In this document: positions 47,133-57,963 of the stretch, piece after piece
How positions within the stretch are numbered: position 1 is the stretch's first letter
Layout: each line of letters starts with the position of its first letter
IMG/VR virus record: IMGVR_UViG_3300030103_005932
Coordinates: 2,628-66,627 of that record
Strand: one strand, 5' to 3'
DNA length: 64,000 nt
Source of the DNA: a virus
The notes under the pieces: model-generated
The model's database searches: none
What the model was told of the DNA's origin: nothing
Seen by the model: only the letters and a program-made list of their open reading frames with translations
Made by a program: the position numbers and the translations under genes

Positions 47133-47705
47133 ATGAAAAGAATACTATTAATAGGCGCAACCAGTTTGATCGGACAATGTTTGCTCAAAGCAAAAGAACA
47201 CGACTTTGTTTGCCCGTCTAGGCAGGAACTAGATTTAACTTCGCCTGCAAGTATTGATAACTTCAACTTCAAAAATTTTGACTGTTTGATATTTGTAGCC
47301 GGCGCCGGTATGAGGCATGGACGAAATTTTACATTTGAAGAAGACTGTGTAGATGCCGACTACATAAAAAATACCATAGATGTTAATTGCACAGGCGCAA
47401 CATTGTTGTTGAAACAATATCTAAAACAAAATAAAAAAGGACACGTGGTTGTAATAGGTTCGGTTGTAGTTAATGACCTTAAAAATACAAATGTCGTATA
47501 TGCATCAAGCAAAACTTATTTGGATAGACTGGTAGATCTTTTAGATAACCTTTACAAGGACACCACATTTATCAAAATAAATCCTGGTGTTTTGGAAAGC
47601 AGGACCGAAAATGATTTGCAGAAGTCGATAAAACCAGACACTGTTGCTGATGTAATATGGTCGGCATTAGCAAAAAATATCAAAAGAATAGACATCCATG
47701 AGTAA
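47133..47705 (+). CDS. short-chain dehydrogenase/reductase
   Basis: IGATSLIG, AG, IGS, YASSK. Confidence 0.85.
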   Translation: MKRILLIGATSLIGQCLLKAKEHDFVCPSRQELDLTSPASIDNFNFKNFDCLIFVAGAGMRHGRNFTFEEDCVDADYIKNTIDVNCTGATLLLKQYLKQNKKGHVVVIGSVVVNDLKNTNVVYASSKTYLDRLVDLLDNLYKDTTFIKINPGVLESRTENDLQKSIKPDTVADVIWSALAKNIKRIDIHE

Positions 47706-47763
47706 ATCTTTCCAATTTATGGAGTTTTTACCAGGTTGACTGTTTACCATTACCTGTTATAAT
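47704..47763 (+). promoter_or_regulatory. early sigma70-type promoter with upstream motif
   Basis: AAATCTTTCCAATTTATGGAGTTTTTA-CCAGG-TTGACT-16nt-TATAAT. Confidence 0.82.
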
Positions 47764-47788
47764 AGTGGTAACAAATAGGAGAAAGAAT

Positions 47789-48145
47789 ATGTACAAATGT
47801 TCAGTAAAAGCACAATTGGTTATGGATCAGTTTAGATCTAGATGCCAAGAGGACACGCAGACAAATAACAAATGGAGAGGCAGATCAGGCAACTATATGT
47901 ACATCATGGGCAGAGAAAATGCCGATGGCAAAGCAACAGGTGTTGTACACAAAATTGCAGAAGATGGATCTCATAAGTTATGTGGATCTTTCAAGATCAT
48001 GTCTGATGGTATTATCACGAGATTTACAGGTCTATCAAAGGCTGATTGGAATAATGCGATGAGAAATGCCGAAGCAGAATATAAGAAGAAATATTCTGAT
48101 GCAGAAACAGAAACGACAGCAACAGAGCAAAAGGTTGCAGTATAA
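47789..48145 (+). CDS. hypothetical early protein
   Basis: AGGAGA RBS; GRENADG..TG...GSFKI..DG.I.RF.GL motif. Confidence 0.75.
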   Translation: MYKCSVKAQLVMDQFRSRCQEDTQTNNKWRGRSGNYMYIMGRENADGKATGVVHKIAEDGSHKLCGSFKIMSDGIITRFTGLSKADWNNAMRNAEAEYKKKYSDAETETTATEQKVAV

Positions 48146-48238
48146 ATTAGGGGGACCACAAGTAAGTGGACTCGAGTATCAAAAGCGCCAAATAGGCCAA
48201 TGCAATAAAATCTCGGTCCACCTCCCTTCTTAAAAATT

Positions 48239-48886
48239 ATGAGTAAGAACACATATATAAAATGGATATTTGGAACACTGGTCGTCAGTGCCATTATAAT
48301 CGGTGGTGCATTCGTTGGCGGAACATTTTATCCTAATCCATGGACAGTTGAGAAACTAGAAGACCAATTTCACAAAAAAGAATTGAGTGAGGTGCATCTT
48401 TTGGGTTTGGAAGAACCAGAATTTGAATATGTTGATAAAGAAACATTTTTAGAATCTACGAGGAAGTGTGTACAATATTTGAATTACACAACAGATAGAT
48501 TGAGTAGAGTTCCTACAAGTATCATTATTGCAATGGCAGGTGTTGAATCTGGATGGGGTACAAGTAGGTTCGCCAAGGAAGGTAATGCACTATTCGGTGT
48601 AAGGACCTGGGACCTAAAAAATGTTCCACACATGAAAGCAAAAGGTAATATGGACGCACCGTGGGGTGTTAAGAAATATATTACAAAATGTAAGTCAGTG
48701 AAGGACATGATTGATATTTTAAACAGGCACCCGGCATACAAAGAGTTCAGAAAAGAAAGAGAAAAACAAATAGATACCGGTAAATGGGATTATAGAGCAT
48801 TAATGGTAAGAATGAGTGCATGGAGCACTAATCCTGAATATGCTGAAATAATACTTCAAGCGATAGTTGACAATAGACTGCCTTAA
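48239..48886 (+). CDS. membrane-anchored glucosaminidase (GH73/Bax-like)
   Basis: N-terminal TM; AMAGVESGWGTSRFAKEGNALFG; LNRHPAY..FR. Confidence 0.88.
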   Translation: MSKNTYIKWIFGTLVVSAIIIGGAFVGGTFYPNPWTVEKLEDQFHKKELSEVHLLGLEEPEFEYVDKETFLESTRKCVQYLNYTTDRLSRVPTSIIIAMAGVESGWGTSRFAKEGNALFGVRTWDLKNVPHMKAKGNMDAPWGVKKYITKCKSVKDMIDILNRHPAYKEFRKEREKQIDTGKWDYRALMVRMSAWSTNPEYAEIILQAIVDNRLP

Positions 48887-48901
48887 ATATATACTTTAAG
48901 A

Positions 48902-49264
48902 ATGGGATTTATTCAATTGAAACTACCTAAAAGAATAAAACACAAGATAGAAAATTCAAAAAGAAATCGTGAGGCACAAGCCAACCACGAAGAATGGTTG
49001 CAGTCGCAAGGTCTCGACAACTACACACTTAAACAAAGAACAAAGAACTTCAAGGGATATGACATACCCGAGTACAAACCAGATCCCAACCATCCTAAGA
49101 CCGGTGACAAGATTCCGGTCGCTGGCGGCAAAAAACCACAGCCACAGGCTTATTCAGGTGAGAGAAAATTACTTGGCATAGGTCTTATGCACAAGAGTAA
49201 TCTTGTTCCTGTTTGGGACGAAGAAGGTGCCAAAGAAATTACTTTGATGAAGGGTAACAAATAG
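48902..49264 (+). CDS. conserved phage protein; paralog of 4777-5073
   Basis: TGDKIPV.GGKK...YSGERKL.GIG..HKSNLVPVWDE..AKEI. Confidence 0.75.
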   Translation: MGFIQLKLPKRIKHKIENSKRNREAQANHEEWLQSQGLDNYTLKQRTKNFKGYDIPEYKPDPNHPKTGDKIPVAGGKKPQPQAYSGERKLLGIGLMHKSNLVPVWDEEGAKEITLMKGNK

Positions 49265-49278
49265 CATTAAGTATTGTC

Positions 49279-50190
49279 ATGCTAGACAATGTCAAAGAAA
49301 TACATATAGAACCAACCAGCCTCTGTAATGCAGAATGTCCCATGTGTGCAAGGAATGTTTATGGGAAAATGGTTAATCCATACATTCGACTAAAGAGTCT
49401 GCCTTTGCAATGGTTCGAAAAGAATATTACACCCAAACAGATTAAAGCACTTGATAAGGTATTTTTTTGCGGCAATGTAGGAGATCCTGCTTCGGCACCC
49501 GAACTACTCGACATCATCGCCTATTTCAAATCGCACAATTCAAAGTTGGTTGTCGGACTGAATAGTAATGGAGGATTAAAAACAACGGAGTGGTGGAGTA
49601 AATTGGGACGCCTACTAAACGGTGCTTTAGATTATTGTGTGTTCAGTATTGATGGATTGGATGATACCAATCATCTATATCGTAGGAATGTTCAATGGCA
49701 AAAGGTTATTGAAAATACAAGTGCATTTATTTCAACAGGAGCAAGTGCTCATTGGGATATGTTAGTTTTTGAACACAACAAACATCAAGTGAAAGAAGCA
49801 AAAGAGCAGGCAGACAAAATGGGATTCACGTGGTTCAGATCAAAGGAAACTGATAGATGGGATACCTACACAAAGAACTTGGGACTAATGCCAGCAGAAG
49901 ACTATCAACCTCCATCTTATGGCAGAAATGTTATTTGTGAGAAAGATAGAGATTCTAGTGTGTTCCTTGATTACACCGGTAAGTATTGGCCTTGCTGTCA
50001 CATGGCAGAAGCATATTTGAATAAGGTTGGATTAGAATTACATAGCGATATACGAGATTATGACAACAAAGAACTTTTTCGAGAATACAAAGCACGACTG
50101 GTCACAGAAACTCCTTTCTACATCTGTCGTCGAGCATGTGGTTCTAAAGGTAAAAAGTCACAATGGAAGAGTGAGACACAATTAAGATAA
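49279..50190 (+). CDS. radical SAM/SPASM-twitch protein
   Basis: CNAECPMC, GNVGDP, NSNG, FSIDGLDDTNHLYR, WPCC; paralog of 14821-15711. Confidence 0.92.
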   Translation: MLDNVKEIHIEPTSLCNAECPMCARNVYGKMVNPYIRLKSLPLQWFEKNITPKQIKALDKVFFCGNVGDPASAPELLDIIAYFKSHNSKLVVGLNSNGGLKTTEWWSKLGRLLNGALDYCVFSIDGLDDTNHLYRRNVQWQKVIENTSAFISTGASAHWDMLVFEHNKHQVKEAKEQADKMGFTWFRSKETDRWDTYTKNLGLMPAEDYQPPSYGRNVICEKDRDSSVFLDYTGKYWPCCHMAEAYLNKVGLELHSDIRDYDNKELFREYKARLVTETPFYICRRACGSKGKKSQWKSETQLR

Positions 50191-50480
50191 TGGCCAGAAT
50201 AGGTAGAAAATCAACTTTGGAATGGATTAAACAGGATTATAGATCAAATCCTAAAAGATTCTTTGCAGAAGTTATAGGAATGGCATCAAATGTAATGGCC
50301 GCTTTGATCCTGATGTGGTATTCACCAAATCCACCAATGTTTATTGCCTATATTTTTTTCTTGGTTGCAACCTGTTTTCTAATGTATGGTGCTTTCAGCC
50401 GTAAAAGTTTTGGCTTCACCGTGATGTATTTGGTATATTTGGCCATAGACGGCATAGGATTTATCAAAACACTGCTATAA
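50190..50480 (+). CDS. small membrane protein (3 TM)
   Basis: three hydrophobic segments. Confidence 0.7.
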   Translation: MARIGRKSTLEWIKQDYRSNPKRFFAEVIGMASNVMAALILMWYSPNPPMFIAYIFFLVATCFLMYGAFSRKSFGFTVMYLVYLAIDGIGFIKTLL

Positions 50481-50554
50481 AAGTCAATAAAATCAACCAT
50501 TCTAGCAAGATCAACTACGGTTGACGTATTTGGAAATTCTGCTATAATTGTATT

Positions 50555-50698
50555 ATGATTAGACTAATAATACTATTTGCAATCTTCCTTGCGGTATATC
50601 CGATGATAGGTGACGGTTGGGCACAGTTCAGCAATGACTTTAATGTTGCTGGAGTATCTAACTTCATATCAGAGCAGTTTGCAAAACTTAACAAATAA
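50555..50698 (+). CDS. small membrane protein (47 aa; not in ORF track)
   Basis: ATG 6 nt after TTGACG-16-TATAAT; MIRLIILFAIFLAVYPMIG... Confidence 0.55.
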   Translation: MIRLIILFAIFLAVYPMIGDGWAQFSNDFNVAGVSNFISEQFAKLNK

Positions 50699-50705
50699 GG
50701 ACAAC

Positions 50706-51263
50706 ATGAAAAACATAAGCAAATTATTTCTTATACTTTTCGCAGGTTTACTTGTTGCACAATGTTCTACGTATTCGATGAAGTCGGATATGACAAAAAA
50801 CGGTGTGATCAACAAAGTACCTAAATGGTATGTGAAATATCCACACACAACTAAAAAATATTATCAAGAGGCGGCATCGGCTGTATCTCCTGATCTTGAG
50901 TTGGCTGTGAAGAAGGCTACACTATTGGCTAAAGGTAAATTGGCTGATAGGATTAATGGTGAGATGAACAACAGGACCACTATTAATAAAAACGAAGCAG
51001 GTACTAACGAGTCAATGACGGTGACTGCACAATCGCAGGACGTTGTTGTCAATGTGATCAATGACACACTTGTGACACACTACGAAGTGGACAGACAAGT
51101 TATCTACACTACCAAGAATAAATCCTACAGGGTTTATGTAATGGTTAGAATAGGTAAGGACCATGTGGCCACTATTGTATCAGAGATCAAACAATTGAAG
51201 ATGGCGGCAACAATGAGTACCGAGACTATCGACAAAGCGGCAGACAAAGTATTGAACCAATAG
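50706..51263 (+). CDS. lipoprotein (LPP20-like)
   Basis: AAGGA RBS; signal peptide ending VAQ-C; VPKWY, SPDLELA, YRVYVMV. Confidence 0.75.
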   Translation: MKNISKLFLILFAGLLVAQCSTYSMKSDMTKNGVINKVPKWYVKYPHTTKKYYQEAASAVSPDLELAVKKATLLAKGKLADRINGEMNNRTTINKNEAGTNESMTVTAQSQDVVVNVINDTLVTHYEVDRQVIYTTKNKSYRVYVMVRIGKDHVATIVSEIKQLKMAATMSTETIDKAADKVLNQ

Positions 51264-51266
51264 GCT

Positions 51267-51623
51267 ATGAAAACACTTTATTATATCATAGCCTTGGTCT
51301 TACTAACGGTAGGTATGATCATCTTTTCAGTAAGCACCGCACAGGCGGGTGGCCCATGGATGGATCAATATTGTGATGTTGAAACAACACAAATAAGAGT
51401 TGTAGACCAACAGGGCAATATTATTGAAAGCAAAATAGAAGAAAAAGTAGTTTGCAATGATGGTGCCAAGGATTTCTTGCATGGAATGGGCATTGCAGAC
51501 AGTTGCCAGATGTTCACTTGGGATATGCCTTTAGGAGAAGTATTAGTGACACAAAGGCAGATTGCATGTCATAAAATGGATGGGGGATATGAGATTGTTC
51601 AAGGTTATCATAGTATTGAGTAG
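51267..51623 (+). CDS. secreted hypothetical protein
   Basis: signal peptide ending AQA; four Cys. Confidence 0.7.
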   Translation: MKTLYYIIALVLLTVGMIIFSVSTAQAGGPWMDQYCDVETTQIRVVDQQGNIIESKIEEKVVCNDGAKDFLHGMGIADSCQMFTWDMPLGEVLVTQRQIACHKMDGGYEIVQGYHSIE

Positions 51624-52035
51624 CCTACTGTTCTCGGCTACTGCGTATGCAGGAAATATGCCCACTGAACACAAAGGCACAATAGGCGATATGCCAGAGC
51701 CTAGGTTATTGGGCGATAATTTAAAATATAGTATGCCAGCATATTTGTTCAGGAAAACGCAGTTTATGAGATTCAAACTAAACAAGACAGAACAAAAACT
51801 GCACGAATCCGCGGTATTCTTCATGCTTAACGAGGTACCAAATGGTAAGATAGTGAGTTGGTACAGCAAAAAGAGGCTTGCCAACGGTAAGGTGCGTGTG
51901 ATACACTCATACCAAATATCGGGCGGTTATTGCCGTACATATCAGGCATATATTAAGTTGAACGGTAAACAACGGCATATTACAAACAATGCCTGCAAAT
52001 ATATTGGTTCCCCAAGTTGGTCATTTTATAAATAA
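51586..52035 (+). CDS. 17-kDa surface antigen-like (RT0821/Lpp0805) secreted protein
   Basis: signal peptide AYA; NG..VSWY...G.V......GGYCRTY...AC...W. Confidence 0.7.
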   Translation, partial: DMRLFKVIIVLSSLLFSATAYAGNMPTEHKGTIGDMPEPRLLGDNLKYSMPAYLFRKTQFMRFKLNKTEQKLHESAVFFMLNEVPNGKIVSWYSKKRLANGKVRVIHSYQISGGYCRTYQAYIKLNGKQRHITNNACKYIGSPSWSFYK

Positions 52036-52073
52036 TCGTTATAAATAAGTACATTAACAAAGGAATTTAAAAT

Positions 52074-52712
52074 ATGGCTTCAACTGAATATCCATTTAAT
52101 ACACACGGAGTTGGTTCCGATACAGGTGAGAACCACCACTTATACAATATATCAATCGCACAAAGCGGCTTTCTTTCTACAGACGGTAATGCAGTAGCAG
52201 GTGGAGTTAACCCATATTCATACAAAGATTTCGCATCACTTCCAACTAACAAGAATGATGGTTTAAACCTAGCAAGAGGTGGTGTAAGATTTCAAAAAGT
52301 TTTGCAGATTTTAGCAACTTACTCAAACTTTAGAGTATTAAAAATAGCGACAGATTCAAGTGCTGACCAAGACACAGCACCAACAAGTTTAACCTTTAAC
52401 ATACTTTTCGAGAATGATTCGGCAATTCCAACTTCAGGAACTTCAATGGACGGATCAACTTCGTTAGGAAGTAAAGAAGCAGTATTAAAAGATTTGATTG
52501 CTAATGCAATTAAAGGTCCATACACTGAAAACGTGTTGTACTATGATCCAACTCATGTAGCAGGCACAGTTGACAGAGGTCCTGTTGTTGAATCTCTAAC
52601 AGTTTCGGCACCACAGGCAGATGGTGAAATTTTCGAAGCAGTCACAGTAACAAGAATTGGTGAAGCAGATTCTGTTGGTGACGCAGAGAAACCAACTGAC
52701 AACGCGGCATAA
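52074..52712 (+). CDS. probable virion structural protein
   Basis: AAGGA RBS; S/T/G-rich; ARGGVRF motif. Confidence 0.6.
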   Translation: MASTEYPFNTHGVGSDTGENHHLYNISIAQSGFLSTDGNAVAGGVNPYSYKDFASLPTNKNDGLNLARGGVRFQKVLQILATYSNFRVLKIATDSSADQDTAPTSLTFNILFENDSAIPTSGTSMDGSTSLGSKEAVLKDLIANAIKGPYTENVLYYDPTHVAGTVDRGPVVESLTVSAPQADGEIFEAVTVTRIGEADSVGDAEKPTDNAA

Positions 52713-52772
52713 TTACCAAACAATTCACTAGCATAAATCGGCAACCTCTGTTATAGTAAATACATCTATAAA

Positions 52773-54788
52773 ATGTTTATCGCGATTCTTACATTACTAT
52801 CGGCATTGTCCATATCAGGTGTAGCAATTTTCTATTCTGTAATTGGACTTGCGACCATCTTTCCGGGTGCATTTGTACCTGTTGTAATAATGGGCGGAGT
52901 GTTGGAGATAGGTAAACTGATCACAGCATCCTGGCTGTATAGGAACTGGAAGTTTACACCTTTCATGCTCAAGACCTATCTTACGACGGCGGTCATTATT
53001 TTAAGTTTGATTACAAGTATGGGTATCTTTGGATTCCTATCCAAAGCACACCTGGAACAGAACCTTGCATCAGACACACTAATACAACGTATCACCATAC
53101 TTGAGGACAAGATAGAGAGCGAGAAGATGTCCATTGAGAGGCAGACACTGATCATCAATAGGGCAGAAAAGTCAATCAGCAGGGACACAGGAACAGCATC
53201 AGGAGACATAGAGGTTCAACAGTCTATTATTGCAGATGCAAATGAAAAATTAAAAACACTACTTGCAGTCGAGACCAACACTGTGAGAGACCTCAATGAT
53301 AGGTTGAAAGTGCTAGACAAAAATGTCAGTGATGTTTTAACTTCAAACAAATCTTTCTTCAATGAAGAAAAAGCGGCCGCTGAATTGAAGGCATCACAAA
53401 AAGAAGAACGTGCCCAGATTGCCATCAAGGTGAAAGAAGCACAGGAGAGAATAGCAGAACTAAAAGAGGATCATAAAATTGAGATAGCAAAAGCACAAGA
53501 AATTATTGCCAATATGAGGGCAGGATCCCAGGACAATAAAGGACAGTTCACAAAAGAAATCGAGATAGCAGAACAAAAGATATTTGAATCCCAAGGCAGA
53601 ATAGACTTGTTTATAGTTGAAAAGCAACCACTAGAAAAAGAGATGCTGACACTAGAAGCAGAAATAGGTCCTGTGAAGTACATAGCCGCTCTTGCCGTGG
53701 ACTGGGGCATAACTGACAATGTCGAAACAAGCAAGGCTGTAAGATGGGTGATATTATTATTGATAGTGGTGTTTGATCCACTTGCGGTGTTGCTATTGAT
53801 CGCGGCCAACCAAAGTTTAATGAGAAGATTTCCACCGGAACCTCCAAAACCACAAGAGATAGTCGACCTTGAAAAACCAGACGAAGAGGGCGTCGATCTT
53901 AAATGGAATGAGATGATGCAAAATAACAACAAGGCAAAACAAGAAGCAGAACAACAACTTGCCGAGTGGCAATCCAAGTTAGACTCGTTCAATTTAAAAA
54001 GACCAAAACCCGAAGAAAAACCAGTTGAGATTATCCAGGAAGACAACACTATTCCGCACATAGATCTAAAAGGTCAAAAAAAAACTGAAGACGAAGTAAT
54101 AGTAGTAGATAATTTAACAGACGGATTTGATCCAGCAGAAGTAGAGGGTTTTGAAGAATTCAATAAGAAATACGAAGAACCAGCAGAAGACCAAATCGAG
54201 AAATTTAAACAGAGAGAAAAAGAAGAACAAGAAGCACTTGAAGAATATGCTCGTAAGGCAAGGGAGGAAGACACACAAGAAACAACAACTGTTGAAGAGG
54301 CATTGAAAATGCCAGAATCTCAAAGTGTAGAAACTCCAATAGCAGAGCCTACAATCTCAGAACAGATAGAAGAAGTAATGGAGCCTGAAAGATTAAGGCC
54401 GGACTTCACAGAAGTAATTGAACCAGAAAAAAATATAAGCGGGACTGGGTCGTTAGGACAAGTCAAAGTAGACAACAAAAATAAGGTGGTGAAGCCCCCA
54501 AAGTCAAGCCTGAGTAATTGGCAAAGAGCCGAATTACTCGACAACTTCCACAAAGAACACGGTAACTTCGAAGACGTCCAAGAGTACGTACAGAACGAAG
54601 AGCAGAATGACAAAACCTTATGGCGAAAAAATAAGAATCAGACAAGCGAAGTGGACTATCACCAAATGATGGAAGCACGTATAGATGATCTAATTACTAA
54701 GATTGAAAACAACGAAATAGAACTTTCGGACTTGTCCAAAGAAGATCAAAAAGTTATACTAGACATACAAAATCAAAAAAATGGATAA
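52773..54788 (+). CDS. membrane-anchored coiled-coil protein
   Basis: N-terminal 3 TM (LEIGKL, TSMGIFGFLSKAH), coiled coil, EIGPVKYIA...FDPLAVLLLIAAN, acidic tail. Confidence 0.8.
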   Translation: MFIAILTLLSALSISGVAIFYSVIGLATIFPGAFVPVVIMGGVLEIGKLITASWLYRNWKFTPFMLKTYLTTAVIILSLITSMGIFGFLSKAHLEQNLASDTLIQRITILEDKIESEKMSIERQTLIINRAEKSISRDTGTASGDIEVQQSIIADANEKLKTLLAVETNTVRDLNDRLKVLDKNVSDVLTSNKSFFNEEKAAAELKASQKEERAQIAIKVKEAQERIAELKEDHKIEIAKAQEIIANMRAGSQDNKGQFTKEIEIAEQKIFESQGRIDLFIVEKQPLEKEMLTLEAEIGPVKYIAALAVDWGITDNVETSKAVRWVILLLIVVFDPLAVLLLIAANQSLMRRFPPEPPKPQEIVDLEKPDEEGVDLKWNEMMQNNNKAKQEAEQQLAEWQSKLDSFNLKRPKPEEKPVEIIQEDNTIPHIDLKGQKKTEDEVIVVDNLTDGFDPAEVEGFEEFNKKYEEPAEDQIEKFKQREKEEQEALEEYARKAREEDTQETTTVEEALKMPESQSVETPIAEPTISEQIEEVMEPERLRPDFTEVIEPEKNISGTGSLGQVKVDNKNKVVKPPKSSLSNWQRAELLDNFHKEHGNFEDVQEYVQNEEQNDKTLWRKNKNQTSEVDYHQMMEARIDDLITKIENNEIELSDLSKEDQKVILDIQNQKNG

Positions 54789-55095
54789 TAAAGAAAATAA
54801 AGCACTTGGCAAGTTAACACTTGTGACACCTCCTTCTATGATCAAACCCGACGACATAAGTTTTACCATAATTAATTTCAATGACGACCAAAAGAAAACA
54901 TTTAGCGAAACACTAAATGAAGTGCTTCCATACAACCATGTGACTGTGTTTATTTGGGACAAAGTTACAACCGAAGATAAGTGGTACAAAATGGCACATG
55001 AGATGAGCGACTACCAAATAGACAATCAACAAAACATTGTAGATGTAATTAAAAGCAGTAAGATTGATTATGACAGAAGAAAATCTAGTTTGTAG
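54781..55095 (+). CDS. hypothetical protein
   Basis: LVTPP motif; overlaps both neighbours. Confidence 0.65.
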   Translation: MDNKENKALGKLTLVTPPSMIKPDDISFTIINFNDDQKKTFSETLNEVLPYNHVTVFIWDKVTTEDKWYKMAHEMSDYQIDNQQNIVDVIKSSKIDYDRRKSSL

Positions 55096-56317
55096 TTTTT
55101 GTAATAAAAGCCGTAAAGATGTAACCAAAATGATTGTTGGTGCAAGGAAGACATCTATCTGTAATGAGTGTGTGAAACTTTGTGTGGAGATACTCGATGA
55201 AGATATAGTAAAGGCAAGGAAAGAAAAACTGTATGCAGGTGACAAGAATATTTTAAATCCTGTGGCTATTAAGGAACATCTTGACCAATATGTCATAGGA
55301 CAAGACAATGCTAAAACTGTTCTATCTGTTGCAGTGGCCAACCACTATAAAAGAATTGTGCAACCACCTATTGATTTTGAATTGGACAAGTCAAATGTGA
55401 TAGTATTAGGCGCCACTGGTGCAGGAAAAACTTTAATGGCGAGAACGATTGCCAAATATCTAGAAGTTCCTTTTGCTATTGCTGATGCCACAACGCTGAC
55501 CGAATCAGGTTACGTTGGCGAGGATGTTGAAAATGTTGTTCAGAAACTCTATGCAAATGCAGACGGTGACATAGAAAAAACACAAAAGGGCATAATCTTT
55601 ATAGACGAAATTGATAAGATATGTCGTAAAGGAGAAAACACATCACTTACAAGAGATGTTTCAGGCGAAGGTGTGCAACAAGGCTTACTTAAGATAGTTG
55701 AAGGCACAGAATGTAGAGTGCCTCCCCATGGCGGAAGAAAACATCCAGATCAACAAACTGTAAAGATAGATACCACCAATATACTTTTTATAGTAGGAGG
55801 AGCATTTACAGAACTTGAAAAACAGATCAGAAGTAAGAAGTCCGGAGGTATGGGATTTGGAACAAAACTGAAAGAACAGGACGACAGAAACTACCTTTCG
55901 GAAGTTAAACCAGAAGATCTTATAAAGTATGGATTGATACCTGAGTTTGTAGGAAGATTCTCTATGATAACCAACATTGATTCTTTAAGTGAAGATCAAC
56001 TGATGAGAATCCTGACAGAACCAAAAAATGCCGTTCTAAAACAAATCAAGTATCTTTTTGGATTGGATGATATTGATATTGAGTTTACCAAAGATTCAAA
56101 AATAGCAATAGCCAAAAAAGCAAAAGCACTAGGCACAAACGCAAGGGGTCTTAAAAACATAGTAGATTCAGTAGTCATGCCATATCAGTTTGATGCTAAT
56201 GAAATGAGAAACAGAGGTGTACACAAGATACAGATCACAGGTGCTGTGGTTGACAAAGGTGCTGACCCTGTGTTACTATTTAAAAAGACGGATGCGAAAA
56301 AACAACAGAACAAATAA
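55070..56317 (+). CDS. clpX: ATP-dependent Clp protease ATP-binding subunit ClpX
   Basis: CSFC/CNEC Zn domain, [41 protein letters not shown] loop. Confidence 0.97.
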   Translation: MTEENLVCSFCNKSRKDVTKMIVGARKTSICNECVKLCVEILDEDIVKARKEKLYAGDKNILNPVAIKEHLDQYVIGQDNAKTVLSVAVANHYKRIVQPPIDFELDKSNVIVLGATGAGKTLMARTIAKYLEVPFAIADATTLTESGYVGEDVENVVQKLYANADGDIEKTQKGIIFIDEIDKICRKGENTSLTRDVSGEGVQQGLLKIVEGTECRVPPHGGRKHPDQQTVKIDTTNILFIVGGAFTELEKQIRSKKSGGMGFGTKLKEQDDRNYLSEVKPEDLIKYGLIPEFVGRFSMITNIDSLSEDQLMRILTEPKNAVLKQIKYLFGLDDIDIEFTKDSKIAIAKKAKALGTNARGLKNIVDSVVMPYQFDANEMRNRGVHKIQITGAVVDKGADPVLLFKKTDAKKQQNK

Positions 56318-56564
56318 TAGACCACTAGGATTTCACGGATACTACGTAGAAGTACCGCCGGGAGGAGATGCCGTTAGAGCATACAGAAAGATCAAAAGGT
56401 GGATCAAAGAAGATAAATTTGTAGACCAAATACGAGCCAACAGCACTTACCAAAAACCATCAGAAATCAAACGTGAGAAACAAAAGGAACGCAGAAAGAC
56501 ATTACGTAGACTTAGGAGAGAACGTGACGACAATCTTTCTGTGAGGGTACAACGTGGCAGATAA
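56292..56564 (+). CDS. rpsU: ribosomal protein bS21-like
   Basis: VEV...DAVRAYRKIKR.......YQKPSEIKR..K pattern, very basic. Confidence 0.75.
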   Translation: MRKNNRTNNRPLGFHGYYVEVPPGGDAVRAYRKIKRWIKEDKFVDQIRANSTYQKPSEIKREKQKERRKTLRRLRRERDDNLSVRVQRGR

Positions 56565-56575
56565 CTATTTCTACC

Positions 56576-57853
56576 ATGTGCGGAATATACTACTCCAATA
56601 AAATTAACAAATATAATTCAACCGGTCTTAAAAGACGTGGTCCTGAAAAATGGACGGAAGAACAAAATGAACTAGGACATTTTGGACATGGTCTTTTGTC
56701 TACCATTGGCGAGAAGACAGAACAACCTCTTCATAACTCTCATGGAATCCTATTATACAACGGGAGCACCTATAATCAAAAATCAAATGACACAAAATTT
56801 ATATCAGATAATTTAAATGACAAAGTAGAAGACTGTGTGGAATTTATTAAAACACTCAAAGGAGAATATGCCCTAATATACAATACGGAAAAATTTGTGG
56901 TATTTGGTTGCGATGTGTTCGCGGTTAGGCCATTATATTTCTACTTTGATGAGCAAACTATTAGTGTGGCAAGTTATCCTCAGGCACTTGAGCATCACAT
57001 CGCTCAATACAGATGCGAGGGCAACAAGATCTATGTCTATGATAAAACTACAAAGCATCTTAGAAATGTAACAAATAAAGAATGGAATCTAATACAAAAC
57101 ATCAACAACTACGACAAGGTCTTTGAAAATTTTGAGGACGCAGTGCAGTTAAGACATACAGACAACAACATGTACACAGTCAGCGGCGGGCATGACACTG
57201 GAGTAATTGCATCTTGCCTGGAGAAAAAATTTAAGTCATTTCACGGATCATTTGTGTTTCCCCATGGAGAGGACGAAAGCATCATGAAGGAACGTGCAAT
57301 AAGGCACAGATTAAAGCCTGCAAATTTCAAGGAGACAGAAGACCTGCATACAGCCGAACAGGTAAGGCAGATGTTGTTAAGGAGAAACGATGAGTCGAGA
57401 AACTCCTATGCATCAAACGGATTGACAACTATAATTTTAAAATATATGAAACCAAACAATATGAAAATATTAGTAATGGGATCTGGAGGAGATGAAATTT
57501 ATGCGGACTATGGATTCGCGGGAGAAAGTATAGACTGGCACGGAGCAGGCGGAAAAAAGGAGCAGGCAACAGATTCAAAATTTGGAGGGCATTTTCCTCC
57601 TAACCTAGAACTAGTATGGCCTTGGCATAACCATGTTCAATATCAAAGTAAATTCATAGAAAAGCACGAAGCCGTAGGAGGCTATTGGGGGATAGAAGTA
57701 AGATGTCCTTTGCTTGATGCGGACCTTGTACAGTCTTGGTTAAACACTACGCATACCTTGAAAAACAAAGAATACAAAGGATGGATGGCAGAATACATGC
57801 GACAAAACAATTATCCTTTTTCTGATAAGAAAAAAACCATATTTGCTTGGTAA
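56576..57853 (+). CDS. asparagine synthetase-like glutamine amidotransferase
   Basis: MCGI, RGPE, YNG, SGGHDT, GSGGDEI, EVRCPLLD. Confidence 0.88.
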   Translation: MCGIYYSNKINKYNSTGLKRRGPEKWTEEQNELGHFGHGLLSTIGEKTEQPLHNSHGILLYNGSTYNQKSNDTKFISDNLNDKVEDCVEFIKTLKGEYALIYNTEKFVVFGCDVFAVRPLYFYFDEQTISVASYPQALEHHIAQYRCEGNKIYVYDKTTKHLRNVTNKEWNLIQNINNYDKVFENFEDAVQLRHTDNNMYTVSGGHDTGVIASCLEKKFKSFHGSFVFPHGEDESIMKERAIRHRLKPANFKETEDLHTAEQVRQMLLRRNDESRNSYASNGLTTIILKYMKPNNMKILVMGSGGDEIYADYGFAGESIDWHGAGGKKEQATDSKFGGHFPPNLELVWPWHNHVQYQSKFIEKHEAVGGYWGIEVRCPLLDADLVQSWLNTTHTLKNKEYKGWMAEYMRQNNYPFSDKKKTIFAW

Positions 57854-57963
57854 AAGGTCGCAATTTGACAAATCATACATATATGTTATAATAAATACAG
57901 TTGAAGATTGCTATAGATAGGATCTTCACAACATTAACTCGCTTAACAATAGGAGGAAAGCAC

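Noticed and set aside
54076-54084. A9 run as a programmed frameshift site
   Set aside because: The ORF continues in frame for over 200 codons, and I see no obvious stimulatory structure.
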